Part shown: one piece after another, positions 18,136-26,972 of the stretch
Layout: the number at the start of each line of letters is the position of its first letter
How positions within the stretch are numbered: the first letter of the stretch is position 1
Assembly (NCBI GenBank): GCA_012517285.1
Contig: JAAYVG010000035.1
Coordinates: 7,647 to 71,646 of the forward strand
Length of the DNA: 64,000 bases
From: Elusimicrobiota bacterium
GTDB lineage: Bacteria > Elusimicrobiota > Elusimicrobia > Elusimicrobiales > UBA9959
Direction: 5' to 3'
Position numbers and translations under genes: made by a program
The notes under the pieces: generated by a model
What the model was told of the DNA's origin: nothing
The model's database searches: none
What the model saw: the letters and a program-made list of their open reading frames with translations, nothing else

Positions 18136-20031
18136 ATGTGCGGTATATGCGGCATAGTTTCATTGAATGGCGAAAGAATAGATTTTAATGATATAAAAAA
18201 GATGAATGATCTTCTTATCCACCGTGGGCCTGATGATGAAGGGTTTTATATAAAAAACAACACAGCAATAGCTATGAGAAGACTTGCAATAATAGATTTA
18301 AAAACTGGGAAACAACCCATATCAAACGAGGACGGAAAAATAAATGTTGTTTTAAACGGTGAGATATACAATTTTAATGAGTTAAGGGATGAGCTTGTCT
18401 TAAAAGGACACAGGTTTAAAACAAAGACTGATACAGAAACGATTGTTCATCTTTATGAAGAATACGGCGAGGATTTTGTCTCGCATTTAAGGGGGATGTT
18501 TGCACTCTGTATCTATGATGAAACCGAGGATAAGATAATAATTGCAAGGGACAGACTTGGAAAAAAGCCGCTTTATTATTACTTTGATAACTCATACTTT
18601 GCGTTTTCATCAGAGTTAAACTCGCTTGCATCGTTTAATAAGTTAAAGCTATCACTTAATCCTACTTCAATAGATTCATATCTTGTTCTCCAATACATCC
18701 CTTCACCGCTTACAGTTTATAAAGAGATAAAAAAGCTGCCTCAGTCAAGCATACTAACACTTCACAGGAAAGAGTTGAAAACAAAAAAATACTGGGAGCT
18801 GCCCACCGATGAGATTGATATAAGTTTTGAGGATGCTAAGTCCGAGATAAGACGGCTTGTTTTAGAAAGTGTAAAGCTAAGGATGATATCTGATGTTCCC
18901 TTAGGTGCTTTTCTATCCGGCGGGATAGACTCATCGGTAGTAGTTGCTGCTATGAGTATGTTTTCCACAAGACCTGTTAAAACATTTTCAATAGGTTTTG
19001 ATGAGAAGAGGTTCAGCGAACTTGCGTATGCAAAAGAGGTTGCAAGGATGTATTCAACAGAGCACAACGAGTTCATAGTAAGGGATGATATGACCAATGT
19101 CATTGAAAAGCTTGTTGTAAACTATGGTGAACCCTATGCTGACCCGAGCGCAGTTCCAAGCTATTTTGTTTCAAAGCTAACATCAGAGCATGTAAAGGTT
19201 GCTTTAAACGGCGATGGCGGTGATGAAAACTTTGCAGGATATTCAAGATATGTCGCAACAAAGTTAGCATACTGGATAAAAAAGTTTTTCCCTCACCAGT
19301 CGTTTATTTCACCGCTTTTTCTTCTATCATTTTTTAATGACAGAAATGCACCATTTGGAACGGTCTGGAAATCAAGAAAATTTTTAAGAGCAGTTTCAAA
19401 AAAAAGCATAAATGAAACATATCTTTCAACAGTTTCGTTCTTTGATGTTGATGAAAAGGACAACATATTGGCAGATGAATTTAAAAATGTCTGCGGTGAA
19501 AGCTATGCAAAAAAACATATTATGGAGCTTTTTAATAATGTTTCAGGAAGGGATATAATCAAACAGATAACATATGTAGATTTCAACTCATATCTTTCTG
19601 ACGGGCTTATGACAAAGATGGACATAGCATCCATGGCAAACTCGATTGAGGCAAGATCACCGCTCCTTGATCAGAAGCTTGTTGAGTTTACATCAAAGAT
19701 TAGCTCATCATACAAGCTGAAAGGATTTACTCAAACAAAATATATATTCAAGGAAGCATTTGCTGATATGCTTCCTCCAGCAATAAAAAATCGTGGTAAG
19801 ATGGGCTTTGGGATACCGCTCGGGCTTTGGTTCAGAAAGGAACTCAAGAAAAAATTTGAGGAATACTGCCTATCAGAAAAGGCACTTAAAAGAGGATATT
19901 TCAAAGAGGAGGAGATAAAAAGACTTTGGTCAGAACATCAAAGCGGTAAAAGGGACCATGGTTATAAATTATGGGCTCTTTTATGGCTTGAGATGTGGCA
20001 TCAAAGATATATGCCCGATTTTAAGATATGA
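18136..20031 (+). CDS. asnB: Asparagine synthase (glutamine-hydrolysing) family amidotransferase
   Basis: MCGICGI is the Ntn Cys2 start, SGGIDSS is the PP-loop, and the length is 631 aa. Confidence 0.9.
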   Translation: MCGICGIVSLNGERIDFNDIKKMNDLLIHRGPDDEGFYIKNNTAIAMRRLAIIDLKTGKQPISNEDGKINVVLNGEIYNFNELRDELVLKGHRFKTKTDTETIVHLYEEYGEDFVSHLRGMFALCIYDETEDKIIIARDRLGKKPLYYYFDNSYFAFSSELNSLASFNKLKLSLNPTSIDSYLVLQYIPSPLTVYKEIKKLPQSSILTLHRKELKTKKYWELPTDEIDISFEDAKSEIRRLVLESVKLRMISDVPLGAFLSGGIDSSVVVAAMSMFSTRPVKTFSIGFDEKRFSELAYAKEVARMYSTEHNEFIVRDDMTNVIEKLVVNYGEPYADPSAVPSYFVSKLTSEHVKVALNGDGGDENFAGYSRYVATKLAYWIKKFFPHQSFISPLFLLSFFNDRNAPFGTVWKSRKFLRAVSKKSINETYLSTVSFFDVDEKDNILADEFKNVCGESYAKKHIMELFNNVSGRDIIKQITYVDFNSYLSDGLMTKMDIASMANSIEARSPLLDQKLVEFTSKISSSYKLKGFTQTKYIFKEAFADMLPPAIKNRGKMGFGIPLGLWFRKELKKKFEEYCLSEKALKRGYFKEEEIKRLWSEHQSGKRDHGYKLWALLWLEMWHQRYMPDFKI

Positions 20032-20486
20032 AGATAGTACTTTTAAACCCTGATATACCTCAGAATACCGGGAACATTGGAAGAACATGTATCGCAAATG
20101 ATATTGAGCTCATACTTGTTGGAAGATTGGGATTTGAGTTATCGGACACGAAGCTTAAAAGGGCAGGCCTTGATTACTGGAAGCATATAAAGCTAAAGGT
20201 TTATAAAAGTTTTGATGAATTTCTTTTTGAGGTCAAAAGCGAAGAACAGTTTCTTTTTTTCTCAACCCACGGAAAAAAACTTTTTTGGGATGTCCCGTTT
20301 AATGAAAACTCCTACCTGATATTTGGTAGCGAGACAAAGGGATATCCACCTGAGTTTTATGAAAGATACATTGATAAAATGTACAGAATACCTATGAAAT
20401 CAGAGAAGGTAAGATCATTAAACCTTGCCACATCATGTGGAATTGTTTTATATCACGCCATATACAGATTAAATATGGATCACTGA
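20028..20486 (+). CDS. trmL: SpoU-family tRNA 2'-O-methyltransferase (TrmL-like)
   Basis: MKIVLLNPDIPQNTGNIGRTC, FGSETKG and LNLATSCGIVLY are SPOUT motifs. The stop codon lies inside the repeat terminus CACTGA. Confidence 0.85.
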   Translation: MKIVLLNPDIPQNTGNIGRTCIANDIELILVGRLGFELSDTKLKRAGLDYWKHIKLKVYKSFDEFLFEVKSEEQFLFFSTHGKKLFWDVPFNENSYLIFGSETKGYPPEFYERYIDKMYRIPMKSEKVRSLNLATSCGIVLYHAIYRLNMDH

Positions 20487-20884
20487 AAGAGTCTAACAGT
20501 GGAGATTTTATAAATCAGAAACTGTATAAAAAGTTTAAAAAATTATATCCAAGCTGCAAGGTTTTTTTTAGTATTGTTAACAAATTCCATTAAGGTTTTT
20601 TACAAAATTGACAAAAAAAAGACGATCGTCTTTTTTTTGTCAATTTTTTTATACACACATTCCCATAGGAGAAAACTTAATTTTAATACTAATTTTAAAC
20701 TAAAAATTTACATTTTTGGGACGATCGTCTTTTTTTTGTCGATTTTTTTATAAGCCCAAAACAACCAAAGCGGTTACTTTTGGTTCTTTCCTAAACAACT
20801 AAATAACAAAATAACCAAATAACTATCCTGTCTGTCTTCATCTCGATGATTACATCTTGATGTTTAAGACTTTTTCAGTGCCCC
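20477..20884. repeat. Composite TIR-bounded element, copy C
   Basis: The left end GGATCACTGAAAGAGTCT (20477-20494) plus ~85 nt is about 90% identical to copy A. The right end is AGACTTTTTCAGTGCCCC (20867-20884). The interior carries a 44-bp palindrome, a partial twin-hairpin module and a CATCTTGATG module. Confidence 0.75.
20604..20653. terminator. Perfect 44-bp palindrome followed by a T-run, a possible bidirectional terminator
   Basis: AAAATTGACAAAAAAAAGACGA|TCGTCTTTTTTTTGTCAATTTT at 20604-20647 was checked base by base, then TTTTTA follows. It lies between convergent trmL and pyrD. Confidence 0.45.
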
Positions 20885-21886
20885 CTGATTTAATATTTTT
20901 TTAACCACTGATGGACCTTCATATATAAACGATGTGTAGATCTCAAAAAGATCAGCCCCGAGATTTTTTCTTTCAGAGACATCCATCGAGTCAAATATCC
21001 CTCCACTTGATATAATTGGTACCTTCTTAGAGGTATCTCTTATTTTTTGAAGCTTATTAACCGAAAGATTTTTTAGTGGTTTTCCACTCAGTCCACCCTC
21101 AATTTTATCAAAATCCCTTCGCTTAATTATATCCCTTCTTTTTGTTGTGTTCGTAGCTACAATTCCACAGTTATATCTTTCACATAAAAGTGTTATATCA
21201 AATACTTCGTTATCAGCTATATCAGGTGATATCTTTATAAACAGCGGTTCTTCACTATCAATTTCTCTAAGCGAGTTTATTATTTTGTGTACATAATCAC
21301 TTAAATTTCCAGCATATGAATTCACATTTGGACAGCTTATATTTATAACAAAAAAATCCCCCACATCTTTTAATATTTTAAAACATTCTGATATGTTTTT
21401 GTGAGCATTGATGAAGTCGCATTTGTTATCCTTTGCTATGTTTATTCCCATCGTAATGCTTGGCTTTCCTTTTTTATCTATATTTTTCCGAACTTTAATA
21501 GCTCCACAGTTGTTAAGTCCCATGTGATTCACTATCCCATACTCATCAACAATCCTGAAGATCCTCGGCTTTGGGTTGCCCTGCTGCGGGTTTAATGTCA
21601 CACTGCCAATTTCCATAAAACCAAATCCAAAGGATTCGATAACGTCATAGATCTCTGCATTCTTATCAAAACCAGCAGCAAATCCAAGACAGTTTTTAAA
21701 TTTAATACCATTCACTAAAACAGGTTCTGAAGAATTACTGTAAATATATGAAATTAATTTTTTTATAATATCAAGCTTTGAAGAGATTTTTAATCCTGAA
21801 AATATCATACCGTGAGCTACCTCAGGATCAATCTTAAAAAGTATTGGCTTAGCAATTTTGTTATATAAAAAATCTACCATTCTCAT
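20864..21886 (-). CDS. pyrD: Dihydroorotate dehydrogenase (class 2-like)
   Basis: LFKIDPEVAHGM, the GFMEIGSVT-like FGFMEIGSVTL, and GLSG/GGI motifs are present. The start was chosen at the M of MRMVDF. The ORF track extends to 21901 and an M at 21880 is also possible. The last 6 codons are repeat-encoded. Confidence 0.88.
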   Translation of the reverse strand: MRMVDFLYNKIAKPILFKIDPEVAHGMIFSGLKISSKLDIIKKLISYIYSNSSEPVLVNGIKFKNCLGFAAGFDKNAEIYDVIESFGFGFMEIGSVTLNPQQGNPKPRIFRIVDEYGIVNHMGLNNCGAIKVRKNIDKKGKPSITMGINIAKDNKCDFINAHKNISECFKILKDVGDFFVINISCPNVNSYAGNLSDYVHKIINSLREIDSEEPLFIKISPDIADNEVFDITLLCERYNCGIVATNTTKRRDIIKRRDFDKIEGGLSGKPLKNLSVNKLQKIRDTSKKVPIISSGGIFDSMDVSERKNLGADLFEIYTSFIYEGPSVVKKILNQGALKKS

Positions 21887-23108
21887 ATACAATCTTCCCA
21901 TTGTTCATTGTAATCATGTTTTTCCCTTTTAATTTCATTGATAAAAATGGAGAGTTAACTGACTTTGAATAAAACTTATCAACCACGTATTCAATTGAGG
22001 GATTAATAATTGAAATATCAGCATAATATCCCTCTTTTAAAGCAGCTCTGTTTTTTATTCCCAATATTCTTGCAGGGTTTAATGTCAATTTTTTTATTAA
22101 GTCTGGTGGATATATCCCATTTTTGTAATAAAGCTCTGTTAATGTTGCTCCTAAAAGGGTTTCAAGACCGATAACCCCTGATGGTGCCTCGCCAAATGAT
22201 TTTGATTTTTCATAAGCTGTGTGTGGGGCATGATCTGTGGCTATTACATCGATTGTTCCATCCTTTATGGCCTTTATCACTGCCCTCCTATCCGACTCTT
22301 TTCTTAGAGGTGGGTTTATCTTGAAGTTCGCATCCCCTCTCTTCAAATAGCTTTCGTTGAAAAAGAAATAATGAGGACAGGTCTCAGCAGTTATGAGTGG
22401 GTTATCCTTTTTCGCAAGTTTTATAATACCAAGTGATTCGCTCAGACTGATATGCTGAAGATGTATCGGAGAATTCAAAATCATAGAAATAAGGCAATCA
22501 CGCCATACAGCTACATATTCAGTATATCGTGGTCTATCAGAACCTGCTGATGTGGATATCATCGGATATTCGCAGTGTGAAAATATTTTTTTGCCATAAC
22601 TGCCTGCTGTTTTTATCGCATTCTCAAGTTTTTTGGGATCGCAAAGCCAGCTTCCATCATCGCTGAATCCGTAAACCAATTTTGATAAATTTTTTATATC
22701 AACAAGTCTCTTGCCCTCTCTTTTTTCAGTTATGGCAGAAAGAAAAAAAAATCTAAGTGGATATTTTTTTGATTTTGTTATAAGTTTGGTTAAAAGTTTT
22801 ACATTATCAGAGCATGGAGTTGTGTTTGGCATAACAGTAATGCTTCCAACACCGGAACTAATAGCTGCTTTTGTTATTGAATCAAAATCCTCAGCGTATT
22901 CCTTGCCAGGTGTCCTTGTATGACAGTGGAGGTCTATTATTGATGGTATAGTCCACATACCGCTGGCATTTATAACCCTGATATTTTTGTTTTTTATTTT
23001 TATGGAATCTGAAATCTTTTTTATTCTTTTATCTTCAATGAGTATATCCCCTTTTTGCATCTGTCTCGTAAGGGGGTCTATAAGAATACTTCCTTTTATA
23101 AGTATCAT
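21861..23108 (-). CDS. pyrC: Dihydroorotase (amidohydrolase superfamily)
   Basis: DLHCHTRTPG and VIATDHAPH are metal-binding motifs. It is adjacent to pyrD. Confidence 0.88.
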   Translation of the reverse strand: MILIKGSILIDPLTRQMQKGDILIEDKRIKKISDSIKIKNKNIRVINASGMWTIPSIIDLHCHTRTPGKEYAEDFDSITKAAISSGVGSITVMPNTTPCSDNVKLLTKLITKSKKYPLRFFFLSAITEKREGKRLVDIKNLSKLVYGFSDDGSWLCDPKKLENAIKTAGSYGKKIFSHCEYPMISTSAGSDRPRYTEYVAVWRDCLISMILNSPIHLQHISLSESLGIIKLAKKDNPLITAETCPHYFFFNESYLKRGDANFKINPPLRKESDRRAVIKAIKDGTIDVIATDHAPHTAYEKSKSFGEAPSGVIGLETLLGATLTELYYKNGIYPPDLIKKLTLNPARILGIKNRAALKEGYYADISIINPSIEYVVDKFYSKSVNSPFLSMKLKGKNMITMNNGKIVYENGRFFI

Positions 23109-23358
23109 CTTTTTTTTCTTTTCTTTTTTTTATCACTGAAATAATAATAGAGTCCTAAAATACCAATCAAAACTATGATAAGAACTGCTGGATTTTCAAA
23201 CCCTTGCTTTGAACTTTCAACCATAGGACTGTTTACTGTTGTTGTAGCTTCTGAAACAGCTGTGGTAGAAGTGTTTAGTGGATTTTCCTGTGATGATAAA
23301 AATAGGTTTGTTGAGAATAACAGAAGTAGTGATAAAAAAAATGTATTAACTTTTAAAT
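23105..23358 (-). CDS. Small secreted Thr/Ser-rich protein with a C-terminal TM helix and a poly-basic tail
   Basis: GTG at 23358 is preceded by GAGGA and yields MNLKVNTFFLSLLLLFSTNLFLSSQ, a signal peptide. The C-terminus is NPAVLIIVLIGILGLYYYFSDKKKKRKKR. The ORF track's longer version (to 23512) overlaps the nitroreductase gene by 167 nt. Confidence 0.5.
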
Positions 23359-23876
23359 TCACAGATATCCTCAAAGCTTTTTCTTTTCCTTTCTTCAGGG
23401 TCTTCATCTTTTTCTCCAATTGCAATAAGAATCTGGACATTTTCATCCTTTTTAAGCTTAAGAACTTCATTTGCCTTATCCCTGTTAAACCATCCGACCC
23501 AAAGACTTCCAAGACCTAATTCTGTTGCTGCAATAACTATGTGCTCTCCTGCTATTCCTATATCAATAAGCGAATAATCATTGTGAGATACAGCGTTACC
23601 AATCTTCATAACAACTGTTGGTTTAAGTTTCACTATGGCAATTATTACAGGAGCCTTTTTAACAAAGCTGCATGGTGAATAAACACCGCTGAATACAGAA
23701 TCTGCAAATCTGTTTTTGAAATCACCGCTCATAACAACGAATCTGTATGGCTGGGCATTTCTTGCTGATGGAGCAAGCCTTGCACACTCTATTATCTGTT
23801 TTATTTTTTCAAGAGGGACATCATCAGACTTAAACTTTCTTATGCTTCTTCTCTTTTTTACAATTTCTTTGATCAT
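23346..23876 (-). CDS. Nitroreductase-family flavoprotein
   Basis: RRSIRKFKSDDVPLEKIKQIIECARLAPSARNAQPYRFVV is the classic nitroreductase N-terminus. Confidence 0.85.
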   Translation of the reverse strand: MIKEIVKKRRSIRKFKSDDVPLEKIKQIIECARLAPSARNAQPYRFVVMSGDFKNRFADSVFSGVYSPCSFVKKAPVIIAIVKLKPTVVMKIGNAVSHNDYSLIDIGIAGEHIVIAATELGLGSLWVGWFNRDKANEVLKLKKDENVQILIAIGEKDEDPEERKRKSFEDICEFKS

Positions 23877-23927
23877 AAATATATTTTAGCTAATTTATTA
23901 TCACAAAAAATATAATATAATATTTTT

Positions 23928-24737
23928 ATGAGATTTAATTTCTTATTATTGGGGATGATGTTTTGCTGTCTGACAACATTAAACTCTAAAAGTCTTTCAG
24001 ATTTTTCTTATACTAGTGGTAGCGATGGCTTTAACAGGTATTCTCTTACATACCAGACCGTATTATCAACCTCAAATTTGTGTGGAATAAATTATTCACT
24101 TTATAACAGCAAACACTATCCGAGCATTAACTCGGTACGTCTTATATACAACCATTACCTTAAAAAAAATTTTTTTATAACAGTAAAACCTTTTTATTAC
24201 TTTGATAAGGATGATACGAGCTCCTTTGGTGCTAAAACAGGTGTTGGATTTATAAAAGCCGGTGATGAGATCTATTCTACATACTCACTTTTTATTTCAT
24301 ATCAGAGTCAGAAGATATTGTCATCAAGATATAACGATTTTTTTATCGAATCAAGCTTTGAAAAGGACTACTACAATCAGTTTTTTATTTTTTTAAAGGC
24401 TGCTTTAAATATTTCATATGATGGACACTCTTATGGATATGCTGATAACAGTGATCTTGTAAACTATAATTATTTAGGGCCTCTTACCTCAACACTTTAT
24501 TCAGATTTTGGAGTTCGTTTTGGCAGGAGCTTCAAACCTGATTTCAATAGCTATTTTTATACAGGTTTTGACAGGTTGAACGCTAAAGGCAGTGATATAA
24601 ACTCATACTCTGCAGGATTTGAGGCCATACTTGATGAGAATGAAAACTATTCTATGGATATAAGCTATAACTATGCAGATTTTAAAAGTAAAAACAATGA
24701 TAGTTTCTGGAAATTTAAATTAGGGGTTAATTTCTGA
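23928..24737 (+). CDS. Putative outer-membrane beta-barrel protein
   Basis: It has a signal peptide, an alternating aromatic/polar pattern rich in Y/S/N/F, and a C-terminal ...KFKLGVNF ending in Phe. Confidence 0.5.
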   Translation: MRFNFLLLGMMFCCLTTLNSKSLSDFSYTSGSDGFNRYSLTYQTVLSTSNLCGINYSLYNSKHYPSINSVRLIYNHYLKKNFFITVKPFYYFDKDDTSSFGAKTGVGFIKAGDEIYSTYSLFISYQSQKILSSRYNDFFIESSFEKDYYNQFFIFLKAALNISYDGHSYGYADNSDLVNYNYLGPLTSTLYSDFGVRFGRSFKPDFNSYFYTGFDRLNAKGSDINSYSAGFEAILDENENYSMDISYNYADFKSKNNDSFWKFKLGVNF

Positions 24738-26260
24738 TGGGCAATACAATAAACAAACTTGAGATGCTGGTAACAGTTTCAAGGCTTCTCTCATCAAAGC
24801 TTGATATTGGAGATCTGCTCACGACTATAATGAGGCTTGCAACAAGGGTTGTTGATTGTGAGAGGGCATCCTTGTATCTGCTTGATGAAAAGACTCAGGA
24901 GCTTTACTTCCATGTCGCTCTGGACCTAGATAATGATTTAAAAAAGATAAGACTTAAACTCGGTGAAGGAATTGCTGGGATCTGTGCAAGGGATGGAAAA
25001 TCAATAATTTCAAATAATATTTCATTTGATGAGAGGCATACCAAAAAGGTGGATGAAAAAAGTGGATACACAACGCGGTCTCTTTTGACATGTCCTATGA
25101 TAATAAAGGGGAAGACCATAGGTGTTGTTCAGGCGATAAACAAGCTTGATGGAGATTTCGATGAGGAGGACAAGAATAGTTTTGAAGCCTTTGCATCTCA
25201 GGCCGCGGTTGCCATAGAAAACTCAAGACTTTTTAACAGTGTTAGGGATGAAAAAAACAAGCTTGAGAACATATTTAAAATAATAGGTGAAGGTGTTGTA
25301 GTAACGGATGAAAATGGAGTTATTAAAACAATAAACGACTCTGCTGTAAATTTTCTGGGGCACAATGAAAAAATTCATAAAGATATAAAGGAGCTTTTAT
25401 CATCCTTTATTACAGATGTTGACATTGATACTGTTATAAAAGATCAGAAGAATCTAAAATTTTTTATAGAAAAAAATGAACCACAAAAACTAATTCTTGA
25501 ATGCAGCTTGATATCAGAAAACTTTTTGCATCAGGAGAATTCAAAGGAGCTCGTGTGGATATTCAGCGATGTTACACAGAGCATAATCCAGTCAAGAATA
25601 TCAAGGGAATTTTTGTCGCTTGTTTCTCACAAGTTTAAAACTCCAATAACATCTATGATCGGATATTCTCAGATACTTGAAAATATTAAATGTATGGATG
25701 ATATGGCACAAAAGGCTGTAAAATCTATAGTCTGTCAGGGCTTTAAATTAAGTGGTCTTGTGGATGAGATGATAGATTTTTCAACGATAGAATCTAAGAA
25801 GAGTTCTGACCTCAAACTTTCCATATTAAGCATTGATAACTTTCTTGATGAAATTATTTCTTTTGAACGCAGCAAATTCTCTGGTGTTGAATTTGAAAAG
25901 AAGGTTTATGATAATTTTGATATAGAGGTGGATAAAGATCTGTTTAAAAAAGCAATTATTGAGCTAATAAAAAATGGTATAAAATTTAACTCAAAGGATA
26001 AGAAGAGGATAGAGCTTATATCAAAACTTGTGGATGATAAAAAATATATTGAGATAGCTGATAATGGTAATGGCATACCATCAAATGAGATCAACAAAAT
26101 ATTTGATAATTTTTATCAGATTGAGCAGAACTTTACCGGCCAGACCGAAGGCTGGGGACTCGGGTTGAGTATAGTAAAAAAGATAGTCGAACTTCATAAT
26201 TCTAATATAACGGTTGAATCAAAGATTTCAGAAGGGACAACAGTTAGGATCACATTATAA
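24737..26260 (+). CDS. GAF-PAS sensor histidine kinase (orphan)
   Basis: An N-terminal GAF-like domain (ERASLYLLDEKTQELYF...GIAG) is followed by a PAS-like middle. The H-box is LVSHKFKTPITSM. The HATPase_c motifs are ADNGNGIP and GWGLGLSIV. Confidence 0.85.
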   Translation: MGNTINKLEMLVTVSRLLSSKLDIGDLLTTIMRLATRVVDCERASLYLLDEKTQELYFHVALDLDNDLKKIRLKLGEGIAGICARDGKSIISNNISFDERHTKKVDEKSGYTTRSLLTCPMIIKGKTIGVVQAINKLDGDFDEEDKNSFEAFASQAAVAIENSRLFNSVRDEKNKLENIFKIIGEGVVVTDENGVIKTINDSAVNFLGHNEKIHKDIKELLSSFITDVDIDTVIKDQKNLKFFIEKNEPQKLILECSLISENFLHQENSKELVWIFSDVTQSIIQSRISREFLSLVSHKFKTPITSMIGYSQILENIKCMDDMAQKAVKSIVCQGFKLSGLVDEMIDFSTIESKKSSDLKLSILSIDNFLDEIISFERSKFSGVEFEKKVYDNFDIEVDKDLFKKAIIELIKNGIKFNSKDKKRIELISKLVDDKKYIEIADNGNGIPSNEINKIFDNFYQIEQNFTGQTEGWGLGLSIVKKIVELHNSNITVESKISEGTTVRITL

Positions 26261-26442
26261 TAATTTAATCAGATGAGTAACCTCTTACTTTCCATTTTTA
26301 GAGCATAAATATTGTATAATTATTTATAGAAACGATGGTGTTTTGTGTTGATAATATTGGCAGATAACTATTGATTTTTTTCAGTTTATCTGCTATGTTA
26401 TCGTATGAACATCTTATCAGGTGATTGAAAATGGAGGAAAAA

Positions 26443-26964
26443 ATGAAAATAAGTATTGTTGGCAGAAAAATAAAGCTTACAGATGCTATAAAGAATTTTA
26501 TAGAGGAAAAGATTGAGAACACGCTCGGATATATAAATAATATTGTGTGGGTTCAGGTTGTTGTTGGTGTTGAAAAAAAACAGCATTTTGCTGAGATCAT
26601 AGCCCATATAGGGCATCAGACTATAAAGGCAACTGCCATATCTGATGATCTTTACTCTGCAATGGATAGGGTGCTTGACAAGATAGAAAAACAAGCAAAA
26701 AAATATAAAGAAAAGATTGTTGATTTCAGAAAGATATCTGATGATAATACGGATTTTACTGCCTTACCACTTGTTGACGATATAAGATTTTCGGTTGTAA
26801 AGAATGTTCCTGTCAAGCCTATGACAAGGGAAGAGGCTGTGGCAGAGATGGAGAAGTTGGGCTATAACTTCTGGCTTTTTGTTGATAAGCAGACAAAGCA
26901 GACTCAGGTTGTTTTTAAGAGATATGATAGTACATACGGGATACTGCTGCCTGAGAAAAGATAA
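26443..26964 (+). CDS. hpf: Ribosome hibernation promoting factor, long form
   Basis: SD GGAGG at 26433-26437 is 5 nt before the ATG at 26443. The sequence starts MKISIVGRKIKLTDAIKNFIEEKI and has a C-terminal dimerisation domain (...FWLFVDKQTKQTQVVFKRYDSTYGIL). Confidence 0.9.
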   Translation: MKISIVGRKIKLTDAIKNFIEEKIENTLGYINNIVWVQVVVGVEKKQHFAEIIAHIGHQTIKATAISDDLYSAMDRVLDKIEKQAKKYKEKIVDFRKISDDNTDFTALPLVDDIRFSVVKNVPVKPMTREEAVAEMEKLGYNFWLFVDKQTKQTQVVFKRYDSTYGILLPEKR

Positions 26965-26972
26965 GCTTTAAA

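Noticed and set aside
26357-26397. TGGCAGATAACTATTGA upstream of hpf as a possible sigma54 (-24/-12) promoter. The hairpin GCAGATAACT...AGTTTATCTGC is also present.
   Set aside because: The spacing between the TGGCA element and the TTGA/TTGC-like element is 2 nt longer than the consensus, and the -12 element is poor. The hairpin has no flanking T-run. The CAGATAACT piece recurs in the intergenic repeat modules, so it is probably repeat debris.
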